Below are positions 27,568-36,976 of a DNA stretch of 64,000 nt, piece after piece. Where the stretch lies: NCBI GenBank assembly GCA_963620665.1, contig CAVFBA010000006.1:2083-66082 (forward strand), in the 5' to 3' direction. A model generated the notes under the pieces. That model was not told where the DNA came from and ran no database searches. It saw nothing but the letters and a program-made list of their open reading frames with translations. Positions within the stretch are counted from its first letter, which is position 1. Each line of letters begins with the position of its first letter. The stretch comes from a bacterium. Lineage in GTDB: Bacteria > Bacteroidota > Bacteroidia > Bacteroidales > Marinilabiliaceae. A program made the position numbers and the translations under genes.

Positions 27568-28884
27568 CTAATCCGATTGCTTAAACCACTTGACTACCTC
27601 CCCAAACGTCACCTTCTTCCCATACATCAATATCCCTACCCTATATATCCTCCCGGCTATCCACGTGAACAACACAAACGTCCCCACCAATATCCCTATC
27701 GACAACGCTATCTCCCACGACGGCACTCCAAACGGTATACGAGCCATCATGATTATCGGCGACGTGAATGGGAACATCGACGACCAAAACGACAAACTGC
27801 TATACGGATCCTCCATAGTGTGAAACGATATATATATCGCCGCAAACAACGGTATCATCACTATCAAACTCAACTGCGAACCATCCTGAGGATTGTCCAT
27901 CCCTGCCCCGCATATCGCAAACAAACTCGCATACAGCAGATAACCAAACAAAAAGTACACCACGAACAACACTAACAACTGCACAAAGTCTATCCCCGAC
28001 AACATCGACATCACCCTCTGCACCATGTCAGGATCCGCCATCGCCGCCGCGTCACCTGCCATAGCACCCACAACCGCAGGATCTGGAGCAAAAAACGCCG
28101 ATACACACATCACCAACACCACCCCAAACACTATCCATATCGCCAACTGTGTCAACGCCACCAACGCTATCCCCAATATCTTACCCATCATCAACTCAAA
28201 CGGACGCACCGACGACACCAACACCTCCATTATCCTGTTCGTCTTCTCCTCCATGACCCCCTGCATCACCATCGACCCCGTAACCAACACAAACATATAT
28301 ATCAGCATCGCCGTAATCATCCCCACTATCGCGCCCACTGCCGCCGAATCCTCATTCTCACTACCGTCATCCTTGATGTTTATCGTCGTGATCTCAGCCT
28401 CCGCACCGCTCACACTCGCAAACAGACTGTCCAGCTCCGCCGTATGACCTCCATAACCCTCCATTATCTCGCTACGCAATGTCTCCCTCAGCAAATCCTC
28501 CGTATGCCCCACCGCCTCCATTGGCACCGTGACATTCGAATACATCCTCACACTATCCCTCTTGTCCGGCCTCCCCTCTATCACCATATACGCGTCATAA
28601 CCACTACCAGCATACGTCTCCCGCAACTCCGTCTCGCTCGTCCCGCTCGGCAAACAATCATACGCCGCCGAACTGTCATCCGTTAAATACTGACCATAAC
28701 GCTCCGTCCGATCCAACACCGCTATACGGGTCTGCTCCGTCTGACCCATCATAGCTATCAAAGTCGGCAACGCCATCAACAGCAACATCCCTATCGGCAT
28801 CAACAACGACATGATGATGAAGCTCTTCTTCTTCACGCGGGTACTATACTCGCGCTCTATAATCAACGACAGTTTACTGCTCAT
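27568..28884 (-). CDS. ABC-2 type transporter permease (NatB-like)
   Basis: 438 aa. N-terminal TM, a large extracytoplasmic loop, then 5 C-terminal TM segments. 4-bp overlap with the upstream ATPase gene. Confidence 0.8.
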   Translation of the reverse strand: MSSKLSLIIEREYSTRVKKKSFIIMSLLMPIGMLLLMALPTLIAMMGQTEQTRIAVLDRTERYGQYLTDDSSAAYDCLPSGTSETELRETYAGSGYDAYMVIEGRPDKRDSVRMYSNVTVPMEAVGHTEDLLRETLRSEIMEGYGGHTAELDSLFASVSGAEAEITTINIKDDGSENEDSAAVGAIVGMITAMLIYMFVLVTGSMVMQGVMEEKTNRIMEVLVSSVRPFELMMGKILGIALVALTQLAIWIVFGVVLVMCVSAFFAPDPAVVGAMAGDAAAMADPDMVQRVMSMLSGIDFVQLLVLFVVYFLFGYLLYASLFAICGAGMDNPQDGSQLSLIVMIPLFAAIYISFHTMEDPYSSLSFWSSMFPFTSPIIMMARIPFGVPSWEIALSIGILVGTFVLFTWIAGRIYRVGILMYGKKVTFGEVVKWFKQSD

Positions 28885-29819
28885 TTGTCCTCTTTATTTT
28901 CGTTTCCTCCTACCACTCGCAGGAATATGTCATTCATACTCGGCAACAACTCCTCAAAGCTTGCCAACTCCACATGCTGAAGCAAATACCGTATCAAATC
29001 ATTAGGCGTCATACCCGCGCCACCAGCCGCAGGACGCACCACGCACTCTCGATACATCCCCTCCTCGCGACGCTCACTGACACTCACCAACGACCCCTCC
29101 CCACACAACGACCCCTCTTCCCCAGTATAACGTATCCTGAACTTGTTCTCCTTAAACCGCTGACGCACCTCACGCACCGACCCCTGAAGCACCGCACGAC
29201 TCTTATTTATCAACGTGATGTCATCACACACCTCCTCCACCGACGCCATATTATGAGTCGAGAATATCACCGTCGCCCCCTTCTTCTTCAACTCCAATAT
29301 CTCTTTCTTCAATATATTGGCGTTCACTGGGTCAAAACCACTAAATGGCTCATCGAATATCAGCAGGCTCGGCTCATGTAGCACAGTCACGATAAACTGA
29401 ACCTTCTGCTGCATACCCTTCGATAGCTGCTCCACCTTCTTATCCCACCAGCCCATAATATCAAACTTCTCAAACCACACTCGCAACCTCTTCCTCGCCT
29501 CCATCGCGCTCAATCCCTTCAACCGACCAAGATATATCGCCTCCTCCCCAACCTTCATCTTCTTATACAATCCCCTCTCCTCCGGCAAATACCCTATCCT
29601 CCCTATGTCCTTCTGACTCAACCTCTCACCGTCTATCAGCACCTCACCACTGTCAGGCCGTGTTATCTGGTTCAATATCCTGATGAATGTCGTCTTGCCC
29701 GCGCCATTAGGCCCCAACAGCCCATACACCGTGCCTCGTGGCACACTCAGGCTCAACCCGTCAAGCGCCCTGTGGCCCGAATACTCCTTCACCACATCAT
29801 GCGCCTCAATAAAATCCAT
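28881..29819 (-). CDS. ABC transporter ATP-binding protein (NatA-like)
   Basis: Walker A GPNGAGKTT, Q-loop, signature LSKGMQQK, Walker B LLIFDEP and H-loop STHNM. Confidence 0.9.
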   Translation of the reverse strand: MDFIEAHDVVKEYSGHRALDGLSLSVPRGTVYGLLGPNGAGKTTFIRILNQITRPDSGEVLIDGERLSQKDIGRIGYLPEERGLYKKMKVGEEAIYLGRLKGLSAMEARKRLRVWFEKFDIMGWWDKKVEQLSKGMQQKVQFIVTVLHEPSLLIFDEPFSGFDPVNANILKKEILELKKKGATVIFSTHNMASVEEVCDDITLINKSRAVLQGSVREVRQRFKENKFRIRYTGEEGSLCGEGSLVSVSERREEGMYRECVVRPAAGGAGMTPNDLIRYLLQHVELASFEELLPSMNDIFLRVVGGNENKEDK

Positions 29820-29849
29820 ATTAATTCCGATTGTTAGTTATCTAATCCG

Positions 29850-31829
29850 TTACTCCTGTCGCACCACTAAGCGATCCTCGCTCATGCGCTCCATATATTG
29901 CTGTATTATCGCCTTCAACTCCCGCTCCATCTTCTCCCGCGTCTCACGCTCCTCCCCCTTAATGTCTCGTGTCAGCATCCAGTCTTTCTCAATATCATAC
30001 ATAGCCCTGCTCTCCGCCCCGTCAAACTGCAACATCCGCCCCCACTTCACATACTGATACAACCCGTTGTTATAGTTCACCGCCCACGTGTCCTCATCCG
30101 CCGTGTTGAACAAGTCCTTGCCAAACGCCACATACGGCTCGCCATACCCCAAGTAGTTCAATATCGTCGGCATAATGTCTATCTGCTGAGCTATGCAATG
30201 ACGCCTGCCCGCCGCTATCTCCCCACTCGGGTCAAATATCAATATCGGCGACCCATAAAGCCCCAAATCCGTCTTATACTCCTCATGATCACCCATACTC
30301 GTATGGTCACTCGTCATCACGAATATCGTGTTGTCATACCACGCCTGCCTGCTCGCCGTCTCAAAGAAACGACGCAACGAGTGATCCGTATACCTGATAC
30401 ACTTATGCATCACGTTCCCTCCCTCCTCCGGGAATGTGTCCCTATACGCCTCCGGTATCACAAACGGATGATGACTCGACGCCGTGAACACCGCCGTCAT
30501 GAATGGCTCCCTCATCTCGCTCATCTTCAAAGCGTAATATTGCAAAAATGGCTCATCCCATATAGCCCATGTACCGTCAAAATCCTCATCCCCACCAAAC
30601 CGCTTATCCTCACCATACTCCGTCCTCCCATAATAAGCCCCGAATCCCGTGCTCCTCGCAAACGCCATAAAACCCATGCTCCCATTAGCCGCCCCATGAA
30701 AAAACGCCGTCTCATAACCCTTACCACCAAGACAACGCGCCATACCCCCCACATCATTCATCGCGGCTGGAGTCAAGAAAAACGGCTCCACGAACATAGG
30801 TATGCTGCTCAACACGCTCGGCATACCGTCTATGCTCTTCCGACCATTGCAAAACGTATAATCAAAACTCATGCTCCGAGCATACAGCGAGTCCACAAAC
30901 GGCGCATACCCCACATAACGACCCCCATCCAACTTCTCATTATAACGACCTATAAACTCCCTCCCAAAACTCTCCACAATCAGCACCACCACATTCTTAT
31001 TCCTCATCACAGCCGTGTCACAACCCTCATGCAACGCGCTATATATCCCCTCCATCTCCTCACGGCTCATATACCCCGGGTCCCTGAACGTCTTCTTCCC
31101 CGCAGTCCTGATCATCGAGAACGGCGTGTTCAATATCAACGCCGCCTCAGCCGGCCTGTCCACATACTGGTTAGCGTTGGTTATCGTTATAGGACGGGTC
31201 GCCGACGTCGCGCCACCCCTCATCCCGATAATACTAAGCCCCACGAATACCCCCATCAACACCACATGCTTCGCGTAATACCACACCCAACATCCCACCC
31301 CCGCAGGCCTCTCCTCCCCCTTTGGCACGACATACAACTTCCACATCCCCACCATTATCACCACAAACAACACCACCAGATACCAATGCTCCACAGCCTC
31401 CCGCGCCATCACCATCCCCACATTCCCGTCATTATCAAACTCCTGGAACACACTCGCCGTAGTCCTCCTCCCCGTAAACCTGAAATACACACTGTCACAC
31501 AGGTTCACAAACACACACAACATATTCACCACCATATACTCCCACTTCGCCACCAACTGCCACACCCTCCCCTCCTTCAAATAGCACGGCACCAACATCA
31601 ACACCAAATACAACACCCCGCAATACGCTATCGCCGACGTGTCAAACACCAAGCTCCCCTCAACCATCTCCCACGCCCCGCCCCACGACAACCCCTCACC
31701 TATCTCCTCCCAATTCTCCAGCAGATACTCCACCCTGCACAACATGAACACCACGTACGCCATCAGCATGTTCAGCACATACGCCACGAACGTCCGGCGC
31801 ACACCCTTGCAGCTCTCTCCTTTGTTCAT
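29850..31829 (-). CDS. LTA synthase / phosphoglycerol-transferase family sulfatase-fold membrane protein
   Basis: 5 N-terminal TM segments followed by an alkaline-phosphatase-superfamily domain (NVVVLIVESFG ... MTSDH). Confidence 0.8.
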   Translation of the reverse strand: MNKGESCKGVRRTFVAYVLNMLMAYVVFMLCRVEYLLENWEEIGEGLSWGGAWEMVEGSLVFDTSAIAYCGVLYLVLMLVPCYLKEGRVWQLVAKWEYMVVNMLCVFVNLCDSVYFRFTGRRTTASVFQEFDNDGNVGMVMAREAVEHWYLVVLFVVIMVGMWKLYVVPKGEERPAGVGCWVWYYAKHVVLMGVFVGLSIIGMRGGATSATRPITITNANQYVDRPAEAALILNTPFSMIRTAGKKTFRDPGYMSREEMEGIYSALHEGCDTAVMRNKNVVVLIVESFGREFIGRYNEKLDGGRYVGYAPFVDSLYARSMSFDYTFCNGRKSIDGMPSVLSSIPMFVEPFFLTPAAMNDVGGMARCLGGKGYETAFFHGAANGSMGFMAFARSTGFGAYYGRTEYGEDKRFGGDEDFDGTWAIWDEPFLQYYALKMSEMREPFMTAVFTASSHHPFVIPEAYRDTFPEEGGNVMHKCIRYTDHSLRRFFETASRQAWYDNTIFVMTSDHTSMGDHEEYKTDLGLYGSPILIFDPSGEIAAGRRHCIAQQIDIMPTILNYLGYGEPYVAFGKDLFNTADEDTWAVNYNNGLYQYVKWGRMLQFDGAESRAMYDIEKDWMLTRDIKGEERETREKMERELKAIIQQYMERMSEDRLVVRQE

Positions 31830-31943
31830 CTATACACTCGCAATATTCCTTGCGAATTTACACCTTTCTCCCTCCCTCCCACCACCCTCCCACTACATTC
31901 CCATTAATATTCTATCACACCATAACACCACCTCCACCCCATT

Positions 31944-31978
31944 CCACCATCACCCCCTCCCACATAAAATCTCCCCAC
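31944..31978 (+). repeat. Left copy of a perfect 35-bp direct repeat bounding the low-GC islet
   Basis: ccaccatcaccccctcccacataaaatctccccac, identical to 34245-34279. Confidence 0.9.
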
Positions 31979-32023
31979 ATCTCCCCCAACGCCGAAGGCG
32001 TATTCTTAACGCGAAAGCGTAAT

Positions 32024-32049
32024 GTAGAGACGTCCGCCCGCGGCGTCTC
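32024..32049. repeat. REP-like palindrome core GTAGAGACGTCCGCCCGCGGCGTCTC
   Basis: 26-bp core identical to 36042-36067. Flanked by small GNRA-type hairpins (acgccgaaggcgt, acgcgaaagcgt). Confidence 0.85.
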
Positions 32050-32350
32050 CCCAAACGCCGAAGGCCTACCATAACCCACCACTGCAACATGCCCATGTAG
32101 AGTGCGCATTCTCCCTCGCCCACACCCCGCACATGTTTGAGGCATCCTACTCCCCAAAAACTCCCTAACATTACCCATACCCCGCCTCTTAACAAAAAAA
32201 CACTTCCCTATCTTGCTCTTGTGGCAACTTTAACCTACCTTTACCACGGTATTTAATCTTTCATAAAGACCGCACTTGCCTCGGCCGCCAAACAACCTAA
32301 AACAAAAAAAACGCAACTAAAGCTACATCTAACGACCTAACAGTCTGTAT

Positions 32351-34165
32351 ATGGCAAAAGAAATAGAACCCAAACTTCAAACCATTGGAGTTTATCTCAA
32401 AAAGACAGATACGTTTCGTATCCCCGAATACCAAAGAGCGTATTCCTGGACCATAGCCAACTGCGACAAACTTTGGCAAGACATTGAAGCCTACATCGCA
32501 CAAGATGCCGAAGACCCTTATTTCTTCGGAACTATTATCATCGACTGCTCCAAAGATGGCTATCTCAACCTGATAGACGGACAACAGCGAACCACCACAT
32601 TCCTGCTCCTCCTAAAGGCTATGCACCTGCGCATAACCGAAGTCTTAAAAGATATGGCCGACACAGAAGAAGCAAGAGGTCTCAAGAGAAGCCTTGAGCA
32701 GAGCTTAGATTCCATCTTCGAAATTCTATACCGCGCCGATGTGAGAAAACAAATAGAAATAATCAAAGACTGGAACAAGGCCAAAGACGTCACAATCCTG
32801 GAAAACGTCTCTATCAACGAACTTTACAAGGATGAGCTAAAGAAAATAATCGAAGCCCAATCTTTCGATGACGCCGAAAAAACCGCCCACAAGTTCCCTC
32901 GCAAGCAAAAGGACAACAAATACACCAACTTCTTCCGCAACTTCAAGTCCTTCTACGATAAACTTAGAGCCTATCAAGAATCCAAACTCGATGTGTTGGC
33001 AAATGGATTCCTCAACAAATGCCAAATTATCGAGATCAAGAGTTGGCAAATCGAGCAGGCCATAACCATGTTCAACTCTTTGAACTCCACAGGCATGCCT
33101 CTATCTGATGCCGACATCATCTCTGCACAACTTTTCTCTAAGGCTGCCGACGATATCGATTTCAAGAGCATTTGGGAGCCTATCATCCGGCAAGCCGATG
33201 AGTTGGCTCAAAGCAATGTCATCAACATCGACAATGTTCTTCAAGAATTCATGTACATCAACCGCTCTAAAAATCATGAGTACGAAGAAGGTCAACTGAC
33301 AACTCCAGGCGTAAGAAAATACTACACGGTTTTACAACCATCCCTCTTGGACGACCCTGTCGGCATCTGCTCCAAATTCGACCGCATCCTGAAGATTTGG
33401 CTCAAGATTCAAGGCTACCCCATCACGAAGCTCCTGCTCAAGTTCAATGAGAACTTCAAACTCTTTCTCATCTCTTACCTCTTCAGAACTTCCAACGATG
33501 AGATATCCGAGAAAGATATCACCCCCATCATGGAGTGCCTGCTGCGCTTGTTCGCACTCCTCGAGGTTGGCGAATCTGGCTTCTCCTCTCGCTATTTCAA
33601 AACCTTCCTTTTCAACGAGAACTTCAAGTTGGTCAACCCAGAGTACACAATAAAAGACATCATTGCCGATTTCGACAGGCACATCCATGCCACATGGAAA
33701 AGAGATGAGGTTATTGCCGACCTGAAAGAGTATGACAAGAACATCCTCGTCTATCTCAACGAATACATCTATGCCAAAGAACATGGCAAACCCTTCGATT
33801 TCACCTCCGACAAGGTCAACGTGGAACACATCATGCCAGCAAGCGGCCACAACATCGAGTCCATACGCACCGATGCCGATATGACAAAAGAAGACTTCGA
33901 CGTCATGGTCAACCTCCTCGGCAATAAAATCCTCCTTGAAGAAGACATCAACATACACATCGGGATGAACTGGTTCAAAACCAAGAAGGGAACACTTGTG
34001 CGAGACAAAAAAGGCTACGTCGGCAGTCAGTTCGCCATAGCCTCAGCCCTGTCTTCCTATCCTTCAGACAAATGGGGCAAGGATGATATCGAAGCCGCTA
34101 ACGACAAGGCCGCAAACAGAATCTGCCGATTCATATTCAACGACTCGAATGTGCATAATGCCTGA
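32351..34165 (+). CDS. DUF262 (ParB-like nuclease/NTPase) plus DUF1524 (His-Me finger) protein; GmrSD-like type IV restriction / anti-phage nuclease
   Basis: N-terminal IPEYQRAYSW and LIDGQQRTTT motifs. C-terminal VNVEHIMPAS ... LLGNKILLEEDIN (HNH-like DUF1524). Local GC is visibly lower than in the flanks. Confidence 0.85.
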   Translation: MAKEIEPKLQTIGVYLKKTDTFRIPEYQRAYSWTIANCDKLWQDIEAYIAQDAEDPYFFGTIIIDCSKDGYLNLIDGQQRTTTFLLLLKAMHLRITEVLKDMADTEEARGLKRSLEQSLDSIFEILYRADVRKQIEIIKDWNKAKDVTILENVSINELYKDELKKIIEAQSFDDAEKTAHKFPRKQKDNKYTNFFRNFKSFYDKLRAYQESKLDVLANGFLNKCQIIEIKSWQIEQAITMFNSLNSTGMPLSDADIISAQLFSKAADDIDFKSIWEPIIRQADELAQSNVINIDNVLQEFMYINRSKNHEYEEGQLTTPGVRKYYTVLQPSLLDDPVGICSKFDRILKIWLKIQGYPITKLLLKFNENFKLFLISYLFRTSNDEISEKDITPIMECLLRLFALLEVGESGFSSRYFKTFLFNENFKLVNPEYTIKDIIADFDRHIHATWKRDEVIADLKEYDKNILVYLNEYIYAKEHGKPFDFTSDKVNVEHIMPASGHNIESIRTDADMTKEDFDVMVNLLGNKILLEEDINIHIGMNWFKTKKGTLVRDKKGYVGSQFAIASALSSYPSDKWGKDDIEAANDKAANRICRFIFNDSNVHNA

Positions 34166-34200
34166 TTAACGGCCATAACGGCACTGCCACACCACATCAA

Positions 34201-34240
34201 CCCTGGTGGTAGACTTCATTGTCCGCCACCAGGGTTGTTT
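34201..34240 (+). terminator. Rho-independent terminator of the DUF262/DUF1524 gene
   Basis: ccctggtgg (34201-34209) pairs with ccaccaggg (34226-34234), followed by ttgttt. Confidence 0.7.
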
Positions 34241-34244
34241 AGCA

Positions 34245-34279
34245 CCACCATCACCCCCTCCCACATAAAATCTCCCCAC
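34245..34279 (+). repeat. Right copy of the perfect 35-bp direct repeat
   Basis: Identical to 31944-31978. Lies 15 nt downstream of the asnB stop codon. Confidence 0.9.
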
Positions 34280-34293
34280 CAACCCACTCACCA

Positions 34294-35877
34294 CTACTCC
34301 CCACTCGCCCCATAATTCGGCAACACACGAGCCGACGGGTCATTAACATCACAATGCTCCCACAACTTGTTCGGCATCCAATAATCCACTATCACGCCCG
34401 ACCGCCCAGGATAATAACTCTCAAAGATCTCCCTATACAACAAACTCTCCTTGCTTATCGGCATCACATGACCATAACGCCTCCTTCGCTCCTCATACTC
34501 CGCGTCACTATAATAACCCTCCGCAAACGCCTTCAGATACTCCACCGAACTATGACCCACCGCATCCGAAAACGCCGCCTTCTCCCTATACAAAATATCC
34601 CTCGGCAACAAATCCCCCTCAAAACTCTTCCTCAACAACCGCTTACCTATCCCAACCTTGTTCAACTTCAACTCCGGGTCTATGCTCATCACATACCTCA
34701 CAAACGCCAAGTCCCCAAACGGCACCCGAGCCTCAAGACTACACCCCGAAATACACCTGTCCGCCCTAAGCACATCATACATATACAACTCCCTAACCCT
34801 CTTCGCCGCCTCAGCCTGAAACGCCGCAGCCGACGGCGCATAGTCCGTATACTTATACCCAAACAACTCATCCGATATCTCCCCCGTAAGCAACACCTTG
34901 ATATCCGTCTTCTCCCTGATATACTTGCACACCAAATACATCCCTATCGACGCCCTGATCGTCGTAATATCATACGTCTCCGTCAAGTATATCAAATGAC
35001 TCAACGAGTTGAATATGTCATCCTTCGTAAACAACACCTCCGTATGCTCACTCCCAATATATTCCGCCACCTCACGGGCATACTTGATGTCAATAGGCCC
35101 ATCCTCAATACCCACCGCAAACGTTCGTATCGGCCTGCACAAATGATGCGCCGCGATAGCGCACACCAAACTCGAATCCAACCCGCCCGACAACAAGAAC
35201 CCAACAGGCACGTCACTCTGCAACCGCTTAACCACACCCTCCGTCAACAAACGCCTGATATTCGCGCATATCGTCGCCTCATCATCCTTCACATAACCAC
35301 CCCTCACCTCCGTCACATCACTATACCGCACAAACCTCTCCCCATCATACACATGCCCCGGAGGAAACGGCATCACCCTCTCGCACAACACGCTCAAAGC
35401 CTTCATCTCCGACGCAAAACACATATCACCCTCCGCCGTCACACCATAAAACATCCCCCTTATCCCAATCGGGTCACGAGCCGCCATGAACTTGTCTCTC
35501 TTCGAGTCATATATCACCATCGCAAACTCACCATCCAACTCACGAGCCATCTCCACTAACCCCCTGTCCGCCAATAACGGCAATATGCACTCACAGTCAC
35601 TCCCACTCCTGAACCCATAACCCCTATACCGCTCCCTCAACGCCACACTGTTATATATCTCACCATTGCACGTCAAATACACCCCCCCATCCACAAACGG
35701 CTGGTTCCCCGCGTCACTCGTGTCCATGATGCTCAACCGGTGGAACGCCATCCAACCCCTCGGCAAGTCCTGCATCAACGTGTTGTCCGGACCCCTATGC
35801 TTTATCGCGTACGCCTCATGGCCAAACTGCAACTTCTTCCTCAGGTCTTTCCCTGTATACACTGTAAATCCACACAT
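34294..35877 (-). CDS. asnB: Asparagine synthase (glutamine-hydrolysing)
   Basis: Ntn start MCGF, HRGPD, the SGGLDSS PP-loop and the typical C-terminal domain. Start set to ATG 35877 (Cys2 nucleophile), supported by a TAACTTTG box at 35907-35914. Confidence 0.9.
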   Translation of the reverse strand: MCGFTVYTGKDLRKKLQFGHEAYAIKHRGPDNTLMQDLPRGWMAFHRLSIMDTSDAGNQPFVDGGVYLTCNGEIYNSVALRERYRGYGFRSGSDCECILPLLADRGLVEMARELDGEFAMVIYDSKRDKFMAARDPIGIRGMFYGVTAEGDMCFASEMKALSVLCERVMPFPPGHVYDGERFVRYSDVTEVRGGYVKDDEATICANIRRLLTEGVVKRLQSDVPVGFLLSGGLDSSLVCAIAAHHLCRPIRTFAVGIEDGPIDIKYAREVAEYIGSEHTEVLFTKDDIFNSLSHLIYLTETYDITTIRASIGMYLVCKYIREKTDIKVLLTGEISDELFGYKYTDYAPSAAAFQAEAAKRVRELYMYDVLRADRCISGCSLEARVPFGDLAFVRYVMSIDPELKLNKVGIGKRLLRKSFEGDLLPRDILYREKAAFSDAVGHSSVEYLKAFAEGYYSDAEYEERRRRYGHVMPISKESLLYREIFESYYPGRSGVIVDYWMPNKLWEHCDVNDPSARVLPNYGASGE

Positions 35878-35906
35878 ATCTGATACTTTGTAATTGATTA
35901 CTTCAG

Positions 35907-35914
35907 CAAAGTTA
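35907..35914 (-). promoter_or_regulatory. -7 promoter box TAACTTTG for asnB
   Basis: Reverse complement of caaagtta, 30 nt upstream of ATG 35877. Confidence 0.5.
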
Positions 35915-36040
35915 CATATTATAATCAAACCGCCAAATAAAATATCAAATTATTACCACCAACCTCCCAAGCAACCCACATTCATCGCACACCCGCCGCC
36001 CACATTCCTCCTAACTTCTCCCCAGGAAGCTATAGGTCGA

Positions 36041-36071
36041 AACCCACCCTTGTAGAGACGTCCGCCCGCGG
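36041..36071. repeat. REP-like palindrome with 10-bp arms (TGTAGAGACG / CGTCTCTACA) and an 11-nt spacer
   Basis: Shares the 26-bp core with 32024-32049. Followed by aaacgccgtaaggcgtaatgta, which also recurs near 32013-32064. Confidence 0.85.
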
Positions 36072-36217
36072 CGTCTCTACAAACGCCGTAAGGCGTAATG
36101 TACACCGCCGACCACATCGTCTCAAGGCCTGCGCCGCAGCAACATCTTTACCCCACACATCAACATTTACAAGATTTTTCCCTACCTTCGCCCAAAATCA
36201 TCCCGCCTCCGTCAGAC

Positions 36218-36542
36218 ATGAAAATATCTTTCGCCGATGAAGCACTCGCCGAACTGTTTGAAACCGGCAAAACATCAAGCCGCAAATACAAGCAGGTGTG
36301 CAAAAGCAAAAACTGGTGAACGGATATATTTCGTGCCGTGAAACTGATGCAGGGACGTTCAATCAACAAGAGAACTATCCTCATTCAGTTTCCTGCACTA
36401 CGAGAAACTCGCCCACGACCCAAGAAGCTCCGTGCGCATCGTCAACGGCATGGTCGAACGACTTCTCTTTCACGAAACTGACAACGGCATAGAAGTAGAA
36501 CTGATAGAAATAAACAGCACGCACTATGGCAACAATAAATAA
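36218..36542 (+). pseudogene. higB: Disrupted HigB/RelE-family toxin gene (premature TGA plus a frameshift)
   Basis: Frame 2 gives MKISFADEALAELFETGKTSSRKYKQVCKSKNW then TGA (36317-36319), then TDIFRAVKLMQG. Frame 3 from 36348 gives ...DVQSTRELSSFSFLHYEKLAHDPRSSVRIVNGMVERLLFHETDNGIEVELIEINSTHYGNNK with the stop at 36540-36542, overlapping the higA ATG. Together the pieces rebuild a toxin of about 107 aa. Confidence 0.6.
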
Positions 36543-36903
36543 CCAACCAATACCCGCAAGAGCAATTCACCCAGGAGAAATCCTGCGCCAAGAACTACGC
36601 GAACGTGGCATAAAGCAAAAGGAGTTCGCCCAAATGATAAATGTGACCCCGTCACACCTCAATGAGCTCATCAAAGGCAAACGCGACATGGACGAAAGAC
36701 TGGCCTTGAAATTAGAAAGCCAACTGGGCATCCCCCACACCATCTGGATGAACCTGCAAAACAGCTACAACTACGACTCCAAAGCAATCAAAGAAAGAGC
36801 CTCAGAAAAGCACGAAGCCCACAACCTCGAGCAACACTGCTCCGACATCTTCAACATCAACATCGTCCACAAAGGCCGTAGCCTCCAATCTCTCCCTAAC
36901 TAA
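36526..36903 (+). CDS. higA: HigA family antitoxin (XRE-type HTH)
   Basis: IHPGEILRQELRERGIKQKEFAQMINVTPSHLNELIKGKRDMDERLALKLESQLGIPHTIWMNLQNSY is the canonical HigA/VapI HTH. Confidence 0.85.
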   Translation: MATINNQPIPARAIHPGEILRQELRERGIKQKEFAQMINVTPSHLNELIKGKRDMDERLALKLESQLGIPHTIWMNLQNSYNYDSKAIKERASEKHEAHNLEQHCSDIFNINIVHKGRSLQSLPN

Positions 36904-36941
36904 CTCTCAGCACCCCACAGCTACCTCTCCCCCCTTTCCCC

Positions 36942-36949
36942 TATCTTTA
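36942..36949 (+). promoter_or_regulatory. -7 promoter box TATCTTTA
   Basis: 28 nt upstream of ATG 36977. Confidence 0.4.
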
Positions 36950-36976
36950 CCCCCTGTAAACCAACCCCAACACACC

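Noticed and set aside
36317-36319. In-frame TGA in higB as possible recoding (TGA read as Trp or Gly).
   Set aside because: All other genes in the window terminate normally, many with TGA, and show no internal TGA. A second lesion (a frameshift) is also present, so pseudogenisation or sequencing error is the simpler explanation.
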